Positions 17,220 to 27,850 of a DNA stretch of 64,000 nucleotides are shown in pieces (position 1 is the first letter of the stretch; each line of letters begins with the position of its first letter). The notes under the pieces are model-generated. The model had not been told where the DNA came from. It saw nothing but the letters and a program-made list of their open reading frames with translations, and searched no databases. This DNA comes from an uncultured Candidatus Saccharibacteria bacterium (lineage in GTDB: Bacteria; Patescibacteriota; Minisyncoccia; Phycocordibacterales; PALSA-1337): NCBI GenBank assembly GCA_964600255.1, contig CAZRIX010000003.1:6476-70475 (forward strand), given 5' to 3'. The translations under genes were made by a program, and so were the position numbers.

Positions 17220-18971
17220 CTACTTTCCCAGAAAGTCTACGGGTATAGATATTTCTACTGTAGCACCCAAGTTTTCTCCGTCAGAACTTATTTCAAGTTT
17301 TCCATGATGTGCTTCGATTGTTGATTTGGCTAGGTTTAGGCCGATACCCATACCTACAGGGTTTGTAAGCTTAGCCCTGTCGCTTCTATAGAATGACTGG
17401 GTTTCTATGTTATTTTTCTCTGATGTGGTTAGACCTATCCCACTATTTTTTATTTTTATATTTAAAACTCTGTCTTTTAGAGTGGTTGAGATGTCGATAT
17501 AGCCTGATTGTTTATTGTATTTGATAGCATTCTCAATAACGACCATTAAAGCATCTTTTAACTTGTTCCTATCGACTCTAATATCCGGCCATGAATTTGT
17601 GTCTGTGTGGTAGGTGATATCTAGTTTTAATTTGTCGATCTCTACTGCAAGCTCCATTAGTATATTTTGTATAACTGGCAGTAGGCTGACAGTCTTTAGA
17701 TTAAGGAAATTATTTTCTTTATTGATTCTAGAAATACTTTTAAAGTCATCAGCTATTTCGTTTAAGTTGTTTAGAGATTCTTTTGTATCGCGGAGCAAGC
17801 GAGCTGACTCTTCGTCATTTCGATCTATGTTTCTTATTATTCTATCTATTTTATTTCTAATACTTGTTATTGGAATTCTCAGGTTATGTTGAGCTATGGA
17901 AATAAAGCGGTCTTTTGTTTCAGATAGTTTTATCAGTTCTCTGTGAGCATTCCGCTCTAATTCGTAGGACTTCTTGATTTCTGCTGTTTGAGCTGTTACC
18001 CGGCTTTCGAGATTCGCATTCAGATCCTTTAGCGAAGTGGCGAGGGAAGAGATTTGAGAAAGGTGTTTAGATTCGCGGGAGGTAATTTTAAGTGACACTA
18101 CACTCATTAGTGTAGTTAAACACAGAGTTGCAATCATTAGCGGATGGCCAATACGCATGTCCTGAATAGCAAGCAGTGATCCATTCATTATTAAAATAGA
18201 TATAATAATTATCTCAGAGATTAGTATTCTCAGGTCTATTGTTTTATATTTACGAATTGAATACAGAAGTATTAAAAAGAATACTGGCATACCAAGTAAA
18301 CCAAATTGAGCAACTAGCCAATTATCAGTAATGCTTCCCACCACTGCCCCCCAAGAGAACGTAACTAAGAAGATTATCATCCCAGTAGATAGTAGTATCA
18401 GCTCGTTTATTGTAACTAGGCGCCCGCTACTCTTAAATGAGATTATTGAATAAACCACAATGAGTAATGTGTATATTAACTCAATTATGTATGAGTAATA
18501 CGAGTAGATTGTCTCATTACTTAAACACTTATCTATCGCAAAGTAATCTATCATGTAACTTGTGGGTGTAATGATAACTAGTGGCAAATAAAGTAATAGA
18601 AGAAATACAGTAAGATTGTTACTGGCTGGTTTTTTAAAGACTGATATGTGGAACAGCAATAAGCATAAAAGATGTACCATTGGCTCAATCAGTATTTGAA
18701 TTGACCATACAAACATGATTATCTTCGGGGTATTTGTTGACCAAAAAACTAGATCTAAAAATATCCACAATGAAAATACACTCGCGATTAGTAGTATTAG
18801 TTTGCATATAAGACTGGAAGTGTTTCTGCTGTATAGATATATACCAACTATTAGAGATACTAAAAGTATTGGTATGTGTGAAAAGTATATTATTTCAGGT
18901 ACATGTTTAGAAAATATTAGCAGTGATGGTGGTCCAAAGTTACATAGCATATCATCAATTTGTTGACACAA
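17220..18971 (-). CDS. Sensor histidine kinase with a large N-terminal multi-TM sensor domain of about 290 aa.
   Basis: H-box 'SIAQHNLRIPITSI', N/G boxes 'IENAIKYN...GIGLT...GMGIGLNLAKSTIEAHHG', and 7-8 predicted TM helices. Confidence 0.8.
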   Translation of the reverse strand: MCQQIDDMLCNFGPPSLLIFSKHVPEIIYFSHIPILLVSLIVGIYLYSRNTSSLICKLILLIASVFSLWIFLDLVFWSTNTPKIIMFVWSIQILIEPMVHLLCLLLFHISVFKKPASNNLTVFLLLLYLPLVIITPTSYMIDYFAIDKCLSNETIYSYYSYIIELIYTLLIVVYSIISFKSSGRLVTINELILLSTGMIIFLVTFSWGAVVGSITDNWLVAQFGLLGMPVFFLILLYSIRKYKTIDLRILISEIIIISILIMNGSLLAIQDMRIGHPLMIATLCLTTLMSVVSLKITSRESKHLSQISSLATSLKDLNANLESRVTAQTAEIKKSYELERNAHRELIKLSETKDRFISIAQHNLRIPITSIRNKIDRIIRNIDRNDEESARLLRDTKESLNNLNEIADDFKSISRINKENNFLNLKTVSLLPVIQNILMELAVEIDKLKLDITYHTDTNSWPDIRVDRNKLKDALMVVIENAIKYNKQSGYIDISTTLKDRVLNIKIKNSGIGLTTSEKNNIETQSFYRSDRAKLTNPVGMGIGLNLAKSTIEAHHGKLEISSDGENLGATVEISIPVDFLGK

Positions 18972-19162
18972 TCATATTTAAATATGATTTGTTTGTAAAG
19001 TATCTAGATAAACAACAGTTGGGGAGTATAATGTCTAAATGAGAGATACAAGCAAAACTATAATAGTTACGTTCATAATTTTTATGATAATATCTATTCT
19101 CATTACATCAATAAGATATCTCTATTTTGAGAATTTCAGTATATTGGGAATTTGATTAAGGC

Positions 19163-20470
19163 TTATAAATTATCACCAATATAGCCCCAGTCTCGAAGTA
19201 GTTTCTGTGTTTCGTTCATGAATTTAAGACCAATATCATTCCTATATAACATTTTAGGTATATGTATTTTATCTATTATGCTATATGCATCACGTCGTGC
19301 CTCCTCAATGTTTTTACCTGTTCCAGTAACATATAAAACGTAACCACGATTATCTGAAACATAATACTTATTTGTAGATTTATTGTAAGATATTTCTTCG
19401 AAATGAACTTTACTCAAATCACTTGTTTTCCAATTATCATCGAAATATAAGTTCGTGCCTACCTGAGAGTGTTCCTCGATTTTCTTTGCGTATGGAAATG
19501 GAGGTAAAGCAATAACCACAACAATGCCAATACCCCTCTTGTACTTTAAAAGACATTTACTCTGAGTGGCAATCGACCATAACACTTTAGACCATGGTGT
19601 GATATCTAATTCAGTTTGTAAGTGAATAATTGGTGAACCAGGTCTACTAGTTGCTTCAAGTGGATATGTACCATCTTTGTTAACTATACAATTGATATCA
19701 AACACACCCCTGTAGTCGATTTCTTCGAGATATGGCTTAATCTTAGCTAAAGTATCTACGAATAACTTATTATTCTCATTCTCATCGTACCAACCTATGG
19801 TACCCATTTCACTTGTAGTCGGGCCGAGATCACCCGGAAAAAACTTTTTGTGCTCAATATTTATCAGTGTTGGTCCTATCCAGTCTTTACCATTAAAATA
19901 CCGACTAGCTGCTATTTCTATACCCACTATCTTTTTTTGAAGTGTAATTACCTCAGTGCCATATCCATTCTTCTTATAAGTTTTGAGCATGTCAATTACA
20001 TCTCTATTATCCTCATATTTACCTACGTAATTAAGGCTTTTGCTAGAAGATCCATTTTGCTTGATTACCCAAGGGCCAGGGTTCTTTTTTACAAACTTCA
20101 AAACCTTGTCTATGTTTTCAAAATTGAATATAGGGACAGTCTTTATGCCGTACTTTGTAAAAATCTCCTGAGCGTGAACCCTATCTTGCTCTAGTAAGTC
20201 TCCTAACTCTGATCCCCCAAATACATTGTATCCTTCTTTGCGCAAGGTTGTTTGGTAGTGTCCAAAGCCAATATCATCAAAAACTATCAACCCTTTTTTT
20301 GTGACCCAGGCTAGCTCCTTACGCCAATCAGCGGTTTTTTTGACTAAATTATGAAAATTTGATCGTCTACCTTTCTCATTGATAAAAAGCCTTACCTGAT
20401 GTCCTTCTTTTGATAAAAGATGGGCAATATTTCCTGCAATCAGGTCGTTTGAGATAAATAGGATTTTCAT
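19163..20470 (-). CDS. PurD-family ATP-grasp ligase (phosphoribosylamine--glycine ligase homolog).
   Basis: Blocks alignable to PurD: 'PWVIKQNGSSSKS' ~ 'PIVIKADGLAAGKG'; 'GPTTSEMGTIGWY' ~ 'GPNTGGMGAYSP'; 'IEATSRPGSP' ~ 'IEFNCRFGDP'; C-terminal 'EARRDAYSIIDKIHIPKMLYRNDIG' ~ 'AQKRAYALMTDIHWDDCFCRKDIG'. Confidence 0.65.
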   Translation of the reverse strand: MKILFISNDLIAGNIAHLLSKEGHQVRLFINEKGRRSNFHNLVKKTADWRKELAWVTKKGLIVFDDIGFGHYQTTLRKEGYNVFGGSELGDLLEQDRVHAQEIFTKYGIKTVPIFNFENIDKVLKFVKKNPGPWVIKQNGSSSKSLNYVGKYEDNRDVIDMLKTYKKNGYGTEVITLQKKIVGIEIAASRYFNGKDWIGPTLINIEHKKFFPGDLGPTTSEMGTIGWYDENENNKLFVDTLAKIKPYLEEIDYRGVFDINCIVNKDGTYPLEATSRPGSPIIHLQTELDITPWSKVLWSIATQSKCLLKYKRGIGIVVVIALPPFPYAKKIEEHSQVGTNLYFDDNWKTSDLSKVHFEEISYNKSTNKYYVSDNRGYVLYVTGTGKNIEEARRDAYSIIDKIHIPKMLYRNDIGLKFMNETQKLLRDWGYIGDNL

Positions 20471-20670
20471 GTTATTATTTATTACGTAAACAAATATATC
20501 ACTCGATGAAAACAAATACAAAGTTTAGCGCTTTGGTTCTAATAATATTGATTATGGTTATTGTCTTTGTTACCTATTACAATACCATCGTTAAGCGTGA
20601 TTTTGAGATTATAAATTACGAAGTACCTGTTGCAGTAGAGCAGTAATAAAATAGACTCTTATCTATTGCG

Positions 20671-22371
20671 TTGCTTTACTGCTATAATATAGATATGAAC
20701 TTCAGTGGTTTTTTTAATCAAGTCTGTGGTAATGAAATTCCAGGGTTACTAGGATTAGATTTCAGTGTTGCGCCAAAGTTATTATTCTATTCCTATGTGC
20801 CTATTATTGTCTTGTCGCTACTTATCTCTATATACATATATTATAGAGATAATAGATCAACCCAATCTAGTTTACTTCTGATGTTTACTATTTCTTTCAT
20901 ACTTTGGGTTGTAAATGTTGTTCTACAATGGATCGCTTCATATCATTACGTTCTAATGTTTGCATGGCAGTTAACAGTATTGTTTGAGCTATTATTATAT
21001 CTTTATGCATTGAAGTTTTCATACTTCTTCTACTTTCAGGGGAGTTTTAATAAAACTTACAGCATTATTTCTAATACACTATTTTTAATTGTGGTGGCTC
21101 TATTGCCAACAACTTACAATATTGCTTCGTACGATGTGAATAATTGTGAGGGTGTGCTTGGTATAGCTTGGAACTTAGTATATGTTTTAGAAATATGTAC
21201 AATTGTACTTGTTCCATACTTGGGATATGTCGGCTATGTGAGAGCCAAGAGTGTTGATGTGAAGAAACAAATACTTATATTCGCATCTGGGATGACTATT
21301 TTTCTTACTACATTCTTCATTTCAAACTTCTTTGGTGAGTATACAGGATTTTACGAGTTTAACTTGTGGGGTCCGTTGGGTATGATAGTTTTTTTAAGTC
21401 TATTATTCTATTTGATTGTAAGATTCAGGACTTTCCACGCTAGATTGATTGGTTCTAACGTTCTAATCCTCTCCCTCTGGTGTCTTACTGGCTCATTGTT
21501 GTTTATTCAGGATATTAATATTAGTCATGCTGTTACTGCTGTTACTTTGATTATCTCGATTATCCTGGGTATTTTTATGATTGAGTCTGTTAGAAAGGAA
21601 GTTCGTCAGCGTGAGCGTATTGAATCTCTTGCTAACGATCTTTCTGTGGCTAATACTCGTCTTCTTGAATTGGATAAGCAGAAATCTGAATTCGTTTCTC
21701 TTGCTACCCACCAGTTGCGAGCTCCGCTTACTGCCATGAAAGGGTATACTTCACTTATTCTCGAGGGTGAAATGGGGGATATTGCTCCTGAAACTAAGCA
21801 AGCTGTGACTCGTATTTATGATTCTGCCAATACTCTAACGAATATCGTTAATGATTATCTGAATATTTCACGTATTGAGCTTGGTACTATGAAGTACAGT
21901 TTTGATAGTTTGGACTTTAAGAAGTTGATCGAGGATGTGATTGGTGAGCTTAAGCCAAATATAGAGAAAAAGGGCCTAGAATTCACGTTTAACTGTGATG
22001 CAAACCAGAAATACAAGGTTCATGCAGACGTTGATAAGCTAAAACAAGTAATTGCGAATCTAATTGATAATTCATTGAAATACACTCCTTCTGGCAAAAT
22101 TGAGCTATCTTTAGTTAGAAAGAATCTAGAAAAGAAGCTACTCTTCTCTGTAAAGGATACGGGAGTTGGTATTGCACCTGAGGTTATGTCTAAGCTTTTC
22201 TCAAAATTTGTCAGATCTGACAATGCTAACAAGCAAAATATATATGGAACTGGTCTCGGATTATATGTTGCTAAACAGATGATTATCGCGCACAAGGGAA
22301 GAGTGTGGGCAGAGTCCCTAGGTGATGGCAAGGGTTCAACATTCTTCGTTGAGCTAGACGCTGAGGTGTAA
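20671..22371 (+). CDS. Sensor histidine kinase, paralog of the 17220-18971 kinase with the same multi-TM N-terminal architecture.
   Basis: H-box 'SLATHQLRAPLTAM', 'DNSLKYT', 'GTGLGLYVAKQMIIAHKG'. The N-terminal 300 aa are strongly hydrophobic. Confidence 0.8.
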   Translation: MLYCYNIDMNFSGFFNQVCGNEIPGLLGLDFSVAPKLLFYSYVPIIVLSLLISIYIYYRDNRSTQSSLLLMFTISFILWVVNVVLQWIASYHYVLMFAWQLTVLFELLLYLYALKFSYFFYFQGSFNKTYSIISNTLFLIVVALLPTTYNIASYDVNNCEGVLGIAWNLVYVLEICTIVLVPYLGYVGYVRAKSVDVKKQILIFASGMTIFLTTFFISNFFGEYTGFYEFNLWGPLGMIVFLSLLFYLIVRFRTFHARLIGSNVLILSLWCLTGSLLFIQDINISHAVTAVTLIISIILGIFMIESVRKEVRQRERIESLANDLSVANTRLLELDKQKSEFVSLATHQLRAPLTAMKGYTSLILEGEMGDIAPETKQAVTRIYDSANTLTNIVNDYLNISRIELGTMKYSFDSLDFKKLIEDVIGELKPNIEKKGLEFTFNCDANQKYKVHADVDKLKQVIANLIDNSLKYTPSGKIELSLVRKNLEKKLLFSVKDTGVGIAPEVMSKLFSKFVRSDNANKQNIYGTGLGLYVAKQMIIAHKGRVWAESLGDGKGSTFFVELDAEV

Positions 22372-22414
22372 TCCACTTTTTTCTAGATTTATCCCTACTT
22401 TATATTTGTATTCT

Positions 22415-22423
22415 TGGTATAAT
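22415..22423 (+). promoter_or_regulatory. Candidate extended -10 promoter element (TGgTATAAT) for the pil operon, ending 7 nt before the pilB ATG, which would imply a leaderless or very short leader.
   Basis: 'cttggtataat' read directly. No convincing -35 element. Confidence 0.3.
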
Positions 22424-22430
22424 TTAACGG

Positions 22431-24179
22431 ATGTTCATCGAAGACTCACAGCTAAATAAATTCATTTTAGATTCAAACTTAGTTTCGAAGTCTGATTTGG
22501 ATGCTGCTCAAAAAGAGGCAGACAAGAAAGGTGTTAGAATCGGTGAAATACTCGTCAGTAGTGGCAAGCTAACAGAGGATAACCTACGTAGAATGCAGGC
22601 GTATGTTCTAGGTATTCCTTTCGTTGACCTTAAATCGAAGAAAATCCCATTCGAAACTCTATCTCTGATTCCTGAACCTGTTGCCCGCACACACAACATA
22701 GTAGCTTTTAAGAAAGATAGTGATACTTTGGAGGTTGCTATGCTTGATGTGGATGATCTGTCAGCTGTAGATTTTATAAAGAAAAGAGTAAACCTCAAGA
22801 TTCTTCCTCGTCTTACTGATGTTGAGTCAATGAAGAATGTTATAGTTCAGTATCAGAAGAGTCTAAAAGCTGAATTCGGCGATATTATCCAAAAAGAATC
22901 AGCTACACTAAAGACAATAGCTGAAGAATCTGGTGAGCCTGCTACCGAGGAGGATTTGAAGAAAATTGCCGAGGATTTGCCTGTAGTTAGAATCGTAGAT
23001 ACTCTTTTAAAGCACGCTATTCTACAAGATGCGTCTGATATCCATATTGAGCCTATGGACGATCAACTCCTAGTTCGTTACAGAATAGACGGACTATTAC
23101 ACGATGCCATGGTTTTACCTAAGAATGCAGAATCATCAATTACTGCTCGTATTAAGGTTCTATCAAACCTAAAACTTGATGAAAAAAGACTACCACAGGA
23201 CGGTCGTTTCAAGATTGAAATGAATAACGAGAAAGTTAGTTTCCGTGTATCTATTCTACCTACATATTATGGTGAGAAGACAGTTATGCGTCTTTTGAGA
23301 GAGAGTGTGTCTGGTTTCACTCTAGATTATTTGGGTTTTCATGGAGAAGGACTGGAAAGAATTCATGACGCCACAAAGCTTACTACGGGTATGATTCTTA
23401 CAACTGGACCTACTGGATCTGGTAAAACTACAACTTTGTATACAGTTTTGGATATTTTGAATCAACCTGACGTAAACATTTCTACTATTGAGGATCCGGT
23501 TGAGTATCAGATGAAAAGAATTAATCAATCACAGGTAAAGCCTGAGATTGGATTTACTTTCTCGTCAGGACTAAGAACTCTTGTTCGTCAGGATCCAGAT
23601 ATTATCATGGTGGGGGAGATCCGTGACAACGAAACGGCATCACTCGCTGTTAATGCAGCTCTTACAGGTCACTTGGTGCTCTCAACTCTCCACACAAATA
23701 GTGCCGCTGGAGCTATACCACGTTTGCTTGATATGAAGATAGAACCTTTTCTTTTGGTTTCAACAATAAACATCATCATTGCACAGAGACTAGTGAGAAG
23801 GCTTTCAGATAAGAAGGAGAAACATATTTTAACTAAAGACGAATTAGCAGCACTTTCAAAAACCGTTGATCTGGACCGAGTTTTGAAAGCTTTAAGAGAT
23901 GAAAAAATAGTTAAACCTAGTGATGATTGGAACAAGATAGCATTCTGGAAACCGATAGCAGGAAAAGACGATGATGGATATAAGGGACGAGTAGGTATTC
24001 ACGAAGTGCTAAAGGTTACGACAAGTATTAAGGAGTTAATTATAAAAGGGGCGACGAGTGATGAGATAGAGGTACAAGCAAAGAAAGAGGGAATGTTAAC
24101 AATGCTAGAGGACGGAATATTTAATGCGGTGCTAGGAACAACAACAATAGAAGAGGTGCTAAGAGTAATCTCAGAATAA
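22431..24179 (+). CDS. pilB: Type IV pilus assembly ATPase PilB (GspE family).
   Basis: Walker A 'GPTGSGKTTT', Asp box, His box 'LSTLHTNSAAG', and an N-terminal GspII_E-like domain. 582 aa. Confidence 0.9.
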   Translation: MFIEDSQLNKFILDSNLVSKSDLDAAQKEADKKGVRIGEILVSSGKLTEDNLRRMQAYVLGIPFVDLKSKKIPFETLSLIPEPVARTHNIVAFKKDSDTLEVAMLDVDDLSAVDFIKKRVNLKILPRLTDVESMKNVIVQYQKSLKAEFGDIIQKESATLKTIAEESGEPATEEDLKKIAEDLPVVRIVDTLLKHAILQDASDIHIEPMDDQLLVRYRIDGLLHDAMVLPKNAESSITARIKVLSNLKLDEKRLPQDGRFKIEMNNEKVSFRVSILPTYYGEKTVMRLLRESVSGFTLDYLGFHGEGLERIHDATKLTTGMILTTGPTGSGKTTTLYTVLDILNQPDVNISTIEDPVEYQMKRINQSQVKPEIGFTFSSGLRTLVRQDPDIIMVGEIRDNETASLAVNAALTGHLVLSTLHTNSAAGAIPRLLDMKIEPFLLVSTINIIIAQRLVRRLSDKKEKHILTKDELAALSKTVDLDRVLKALRDEKIVKPSDDWNKIAFWKPIAGKDDDGYKGRVGIHEVLKVTTSIKELIIKGATSDEIEVQAKKEGMLTMLEDGIFNAVLGTTTIEEVLRVISE

Positions 24180-24183
24180 TAAA

Positions 24184-25407
24184 ATGTCACATTTTACATA
24201 TAAAGCAAAAAGGTCAGATGGGGAGGTCTACAAAGGCGAGAAGGACGCCAATGATCGTTTTGAATTGTACAAAATGTTAAAAGAGTCTGGAGAAGAAGTT
24301 CTCGATGTTCAAGAAAAGAATAGTTCAAGTATGTTTTCAAAGGGAATGACTATTAATCTTCCGTTTATGCATTCAATAAAAATGCAGGACAAGATTAATT
24401 TCGCTCGTAATTTGAGTTCCATGATTAGTGCTGGTCTAGCAATGTCTAGAGCGCTTTCTGTTATGGAAAGACAAACAAAAAATCAGGAGTTAAGAAAAAT
24501 CCTAGTATCACTACAGAAAGATATTAGTGAAGGAAAGACACTGAGTCAGGCAATGTCATCTTACAAGAATGTATTCTCAGCATTGTTTATATCCATGGTT
24601 GCTGCTGGAGAACAGAGTGGTTCTCTGTCTGAATCTTTGAGAATAGTTGGTGTACAGATGGACAAGACATATGCACTACAGAGGAGAGTAAAAGGTGCGA
24701 TGATGTATCCAGGTATCATACTTTCAGCTATGGTTATCATAGCAGTTTTGATGCTTACATATATCGTTCCAACTTTGATGAAAACCTTCACTGAGCTGAA
24801 TGTTCAGTTGCCGGCATCTACAAGATTTGTATTGTTTTTAAGTAATGCGCTTCGAGACCATGGTCTACTTGTTTTTCTCGGCTTTGTTATACTAGTTGTG
24901 ATATTTATTCTTCTGAAAAGAAGTGAACAAGGAAAAAATACCATTGACTATGCAGTACTCAAAATACCTGTAATTGGCGAAATCGTAAAAGAGGTGAATT
25001 CTGCAAGAACTGCAAGAACACTGTCATCACTACTTAGTTCAGGGGTAGACGTGGTTGAATCTGTCAGAATTACTGGAGATGTTATCCAGAATGTTCGCTA
25101 CAAAGATATACTAAAAAGAGCTGGAGAGGCTATAGAAAAAGGAGAGCCTATATCAAAGATATTTACACAGAATGAAAAGTACTACCCGCTATTTCTTGGT
25201 GAAATGATGAATGTGGGGGAGGAGACAGGAAAAATCGGTGAAATGCTACTAGGTGTTGCAAATTTTTATGAGGAAGATGTCGATCAAAAAACAAAGGATA
25301 TGTCTACAATCATCGAACCTTTCCTAATGGTTATTATAGGAGGAGCCGTAGGATTCTTTGCAATATCGATGATTTCACCGATGTATTCACTAGTTAATGT
25401 GATATAA
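24184..25407 (+). CDS. pilC: Type IV pilus inner-membrane platform protein PilC (GspF family).
   Basis: 407 aa. Two GspF repeats and three TM segments. It immediately follows pilB. Confidence 0.85.
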   Translation: MSHFTYKAKRSDGEVYKGEKDANDRFELYKMLKESGEEVLDVQEKNSSSMFSKGMTINLPFMHSIKMQDKINFARNLSSMISAGLAMSRALSVMERQTKNQELRKILVSLQKDISEGKTLSQAMSSYKNVFSALFISMVAAGEQSGSLSESLRIVGVQMDKTYALQRRVKGAMMYPGIILSAMVIIAVLMLTYIVPTLMKTFTELNVQLPASTRFVLFLSNALRDHGLLVFLGFVILVVIFILLKRSEQGKNTIDYAVLKIPVIGEIVKEVNSARTARTLSSLLSSGVDVVESVRITGDVIQNVRYKDILKRAGEAIEKGEPISKIFTQNEKYYPLFLGEMMNVGEETGKIGEMLLGVANFYEEDVDQKTKDMSTIIEPFLMVIIGGAVGFFAISMISPMYSLVNVI

Positions 25408-27207
25408 ATGTCATTAATTTTTAGTAAAAATAAAAAAGGATTCACTTTGGTTGAAACTCTAGTTGGAGTAGCTGTGTTTGCTGTAGTAGCAACTGCTACT
25501 TATCAAGCCTATGTGAGCTTGTTTCAACTTATCAACGTAAACCAAACAAAAATAGTAGCTTTGAATCTAGCAAATGAGCAGTTTGAGATAATCAGAAACC
25601 TGCCATATTCTAGTGTTGGAATTCCGGGAGGTATACCAAACGGAGTCATTCCTCATGTGCAGACTGTAACTCGATCTAATATACAGTTTACAGTTACAAC
25701 TACTATAAGAAACGTTGATTTACCTTTTGATGGACAGATTGGAAGTACAACAAAGCCAGATCTTTCACCAGCGGATAATAAGACCGTAGACGTAGATATA
25801 GATTGTAATACCTGCAAGAACTTCCAGACCGTGAGTCTGAGTACTAGAGTTGCTCCCAAGAATCTTGAGACTTCTTCTACAAACGGTGCTCTGCTTATAA
25901 AAGTATTTGATTCAAATGGTGTACCTGTTGCGGGCGCAAATGTAAATATTGTTAATAGTTCGGCTACTTCAAGTATAACCATAAACGACGTTACCGATGT
26001 AGATGGAATTCTGACTGTAGTTGATGCTCCACCCGGCGTGAATGCATACAAGATCACGGTTACAAAATCAGGGTACTCAACAGATAGGACATATACACCA
26101 GGAGTTGGTGGTAACCTAACACCAACAAAGCCTGACGCAACGGTTATAGTCCAACAGCTGACACAGATAAGTTTTTCAATCGACAAGCTGTCTACAGTGT
26201 CTTTCTCTAGTGTGACGCCATCATGTACCGTGGTACCGAACATGGATTTCTCTTTGACTGGAGAAAAGTTAATAGGTACAAATATATATAAATATTTTCA
26301 GAACGTTAGTACAAATGGTTCTGGACTTCTATCAAGTTCAACTATTGAGTGGGATTCGTATACAGTAAGGGGTATAGATAGTGCGTACGATATAATAGGA
26401 GTAAATCCACTGAACCCAATAATAATAGGTCCAGATATAAATCAGAGCGTCTCTCTAATCGTGCAGCCTAGAAGTGCAAGAACACTACTGGTCACGGTGA
26501 AGGACTCATCAACACAACTACCTATAACTGGAGCAACTGTTGATGTTACATACAATTCATATAACAATACACAGACTACTGGACGAGGATTCACTATACA
26601 GTCTGATTGGTCTGGAGGTGATGGTCAGGTAGCTTTTACAGAGACCGACAGATATTTTTCTGATGATGGAAGTATAAGTGTAAATAGTCCAGCAGGGGAG
26701 TTTAAACTGAAGGATGCTTTTGGAAGTTATAGTGCAAATGGGGAACTAGTATCTTCGACGATAGACACAGGATCTGCAAGTAACTTTTATAACTTTGCAT
26801 GGACACCAACCGACCAACCTGTGACTACAGGTCCAAACAGTGTAAGATTCCAGATAGCAACTAGTGCCTCATCAACTCCAGATGAATGGATTTACAAGGG
26901 TCCGGATGGCACCACTTCTACTTACTATGTGTCACCAAATACTCCAATAAATGCCACACATAATGGTGACAGGTATCTCAGATATAAGGCACTTTTGTCT
27001 ACACAATCATCCACATCAACACCAAATATCTCCGACGTGTCGTTTACCGTTACATCTTCATGTACACCGCCTGGACAGGTAGCATTCTCTGGCCTATCAG
27101 ACGAGACTTATACTGTAGTTGTTAGTAAGTCTGGTTATACATCAAGTACATTTACAGTGGAGATGGATTCAGATTGGATTGAACAGATTGTAACTTTATC
27201 GCCGTAG
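25408..27207 (+). CDS. Large (599 aa) type IV pilin-like protein with a prepilin N-terminal cleavage/methylation domain and Ig/carboxypeptidase-regulatory-like beta domains.
   Basis: 'KKGFTLVETLVGVAVFAVVA' (G|FTLVE class III signal). Thr/Ser-rich body with 'VKDSSTQLPITGATVDV'-type segments. Confidence 0.75.
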   Translation: MSLIFSKNKKGFTLVETLVGVAVFAVVATATYQAYVSLFQLINVNQTKIVALNLANEQFEIIRNLPYSSVGIPGGIPNGVIPHVQTVTRSNIQFTVTTTIRNVDLPFDGQIGSTTKPDLSPADNKTVDVDIDCNTCKNFQTVSLSTRVAPKNLETSSTNGALLIKVFDSNGVPVAGANVNIVNSSATSSITINDVTDVDGILTVVDAPPGVNAYKITVTKSGYSTDRTYTPGVGGNLTPTKPDATVIVQQLTQISFSIDKLSTVSFSSVTPSCTVVPNMDFSLTGEKLIGTNIYKYFQNVSTNGSGLLSSSTIEWDSYTVRGIDSAYDIIGVNPLNPIIIGPDINQSVSLIVQPRSARTLLVTVKDSSTQLPITGATVDVTYNSYNNTQTTGRGFTIQSDWSGGDGQVAFTETDRYFSDDGSISVNSPAGEFKLKDAFGSYSANGELVSSTIDTGSASNFYNFAWTPTDQPVTTGPNSVRFQIATSASSTPDEWIYKGPDGTTSTYYVSPNTPINATHNGDRYLRYKALLSTQSSTSTPNISDVSFTVTSSCTPPGQVAFSGLSDETYTVVVSKSGYTSSTFTVEMDSDWIEQIVTLSP

Positions 27208-27222
27208 TAAATACACTATAAT

Positions 27223-27846
27223 ATGCACAATAAAAATATAAACAATCTAAATAGAGGATTCAGCTTAGTAGAAATAGTTGTAGTGGTAGGTATATTCGGT
27301 ATCATAGCTGTTGCAATAAGTACATTTCAATTTGGAATTTTGAGGAATAATAAGATTGCTCAAGATTCACTATCAAGTGCCCAAGATGCAAGAAGTATAT
27401 TGGGTATGATGGTTCGAGAACTGCGTTCGGCTTCTCCTGGAAACGATGGATCATTTACTGTTGCTCAGGCTGCAACGAATACTATAGTCTTCTATAGCGA
27501 CACCGATGGAGATGGTTTGAAGGAGAAGATTAGATACTTCCTAGCCACAACAACACTCAAGAAGGGAACTATTAAACCTACAGGTAGTCCACTTTCATAC
27601 AATATTGCCAATGAAAAGCAATCATTTTTGGCATATAATATAAGAAATTCTACGAGCACACCGCTTTTCGAATATTTTGATACAAACTATACAGGAACAT
27701 CTAGTCCATTGACTCAGCCCGTGTCTACGACCTTGGTAAGATTGGTAAAGATCAACCTGGTGATAGACCTAGATCCAAATAGAGCACCGATGGTTCGATC
27801 ATTTACTTCTCAGGTGAATCTTAGGAATCTAAAGGATAACTTATAG
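27223..27846 (+). CDS. Type IV pilin / pseudopilin with a prepilin N-terminal methylation domain.
   Basis: 'NRGFSLVEIVVVVGIFGIIA' class III signal. 207 aa. Confidence 0.75.
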   Translation: MHNKNINNLNRGFSLVEIVVVVGIFGIIAVAISTFQFGILRNNKIAQDSLSSAQDARSILGMMVRELRSASPGNDGSFTVAQAATNTIVFYSDTDGDGLKEKIRYFLATTTLKKGTIKPTGSPLSYNIANEKQSFLAYNIRNSTSTPLFEYFDTNYTGTSSPLTQPVSTTLVRLVKINLVIDLDPNRAPMVRSFTSQVNLRNLKDNL

Positions 27847-27850
27847 AAAT

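Noticed and set aside
19163-20521. Using the full ORF start (the 'MYLFSSSD...' extension) for the PurD-like gene.
   Set aside because: The first codon on the DNA is not ATG (an alternative start codon in the ORF track). The conserved PurD-like N-terminus begins at 'MKILFIS', which is encoded from the ATG at 20470.
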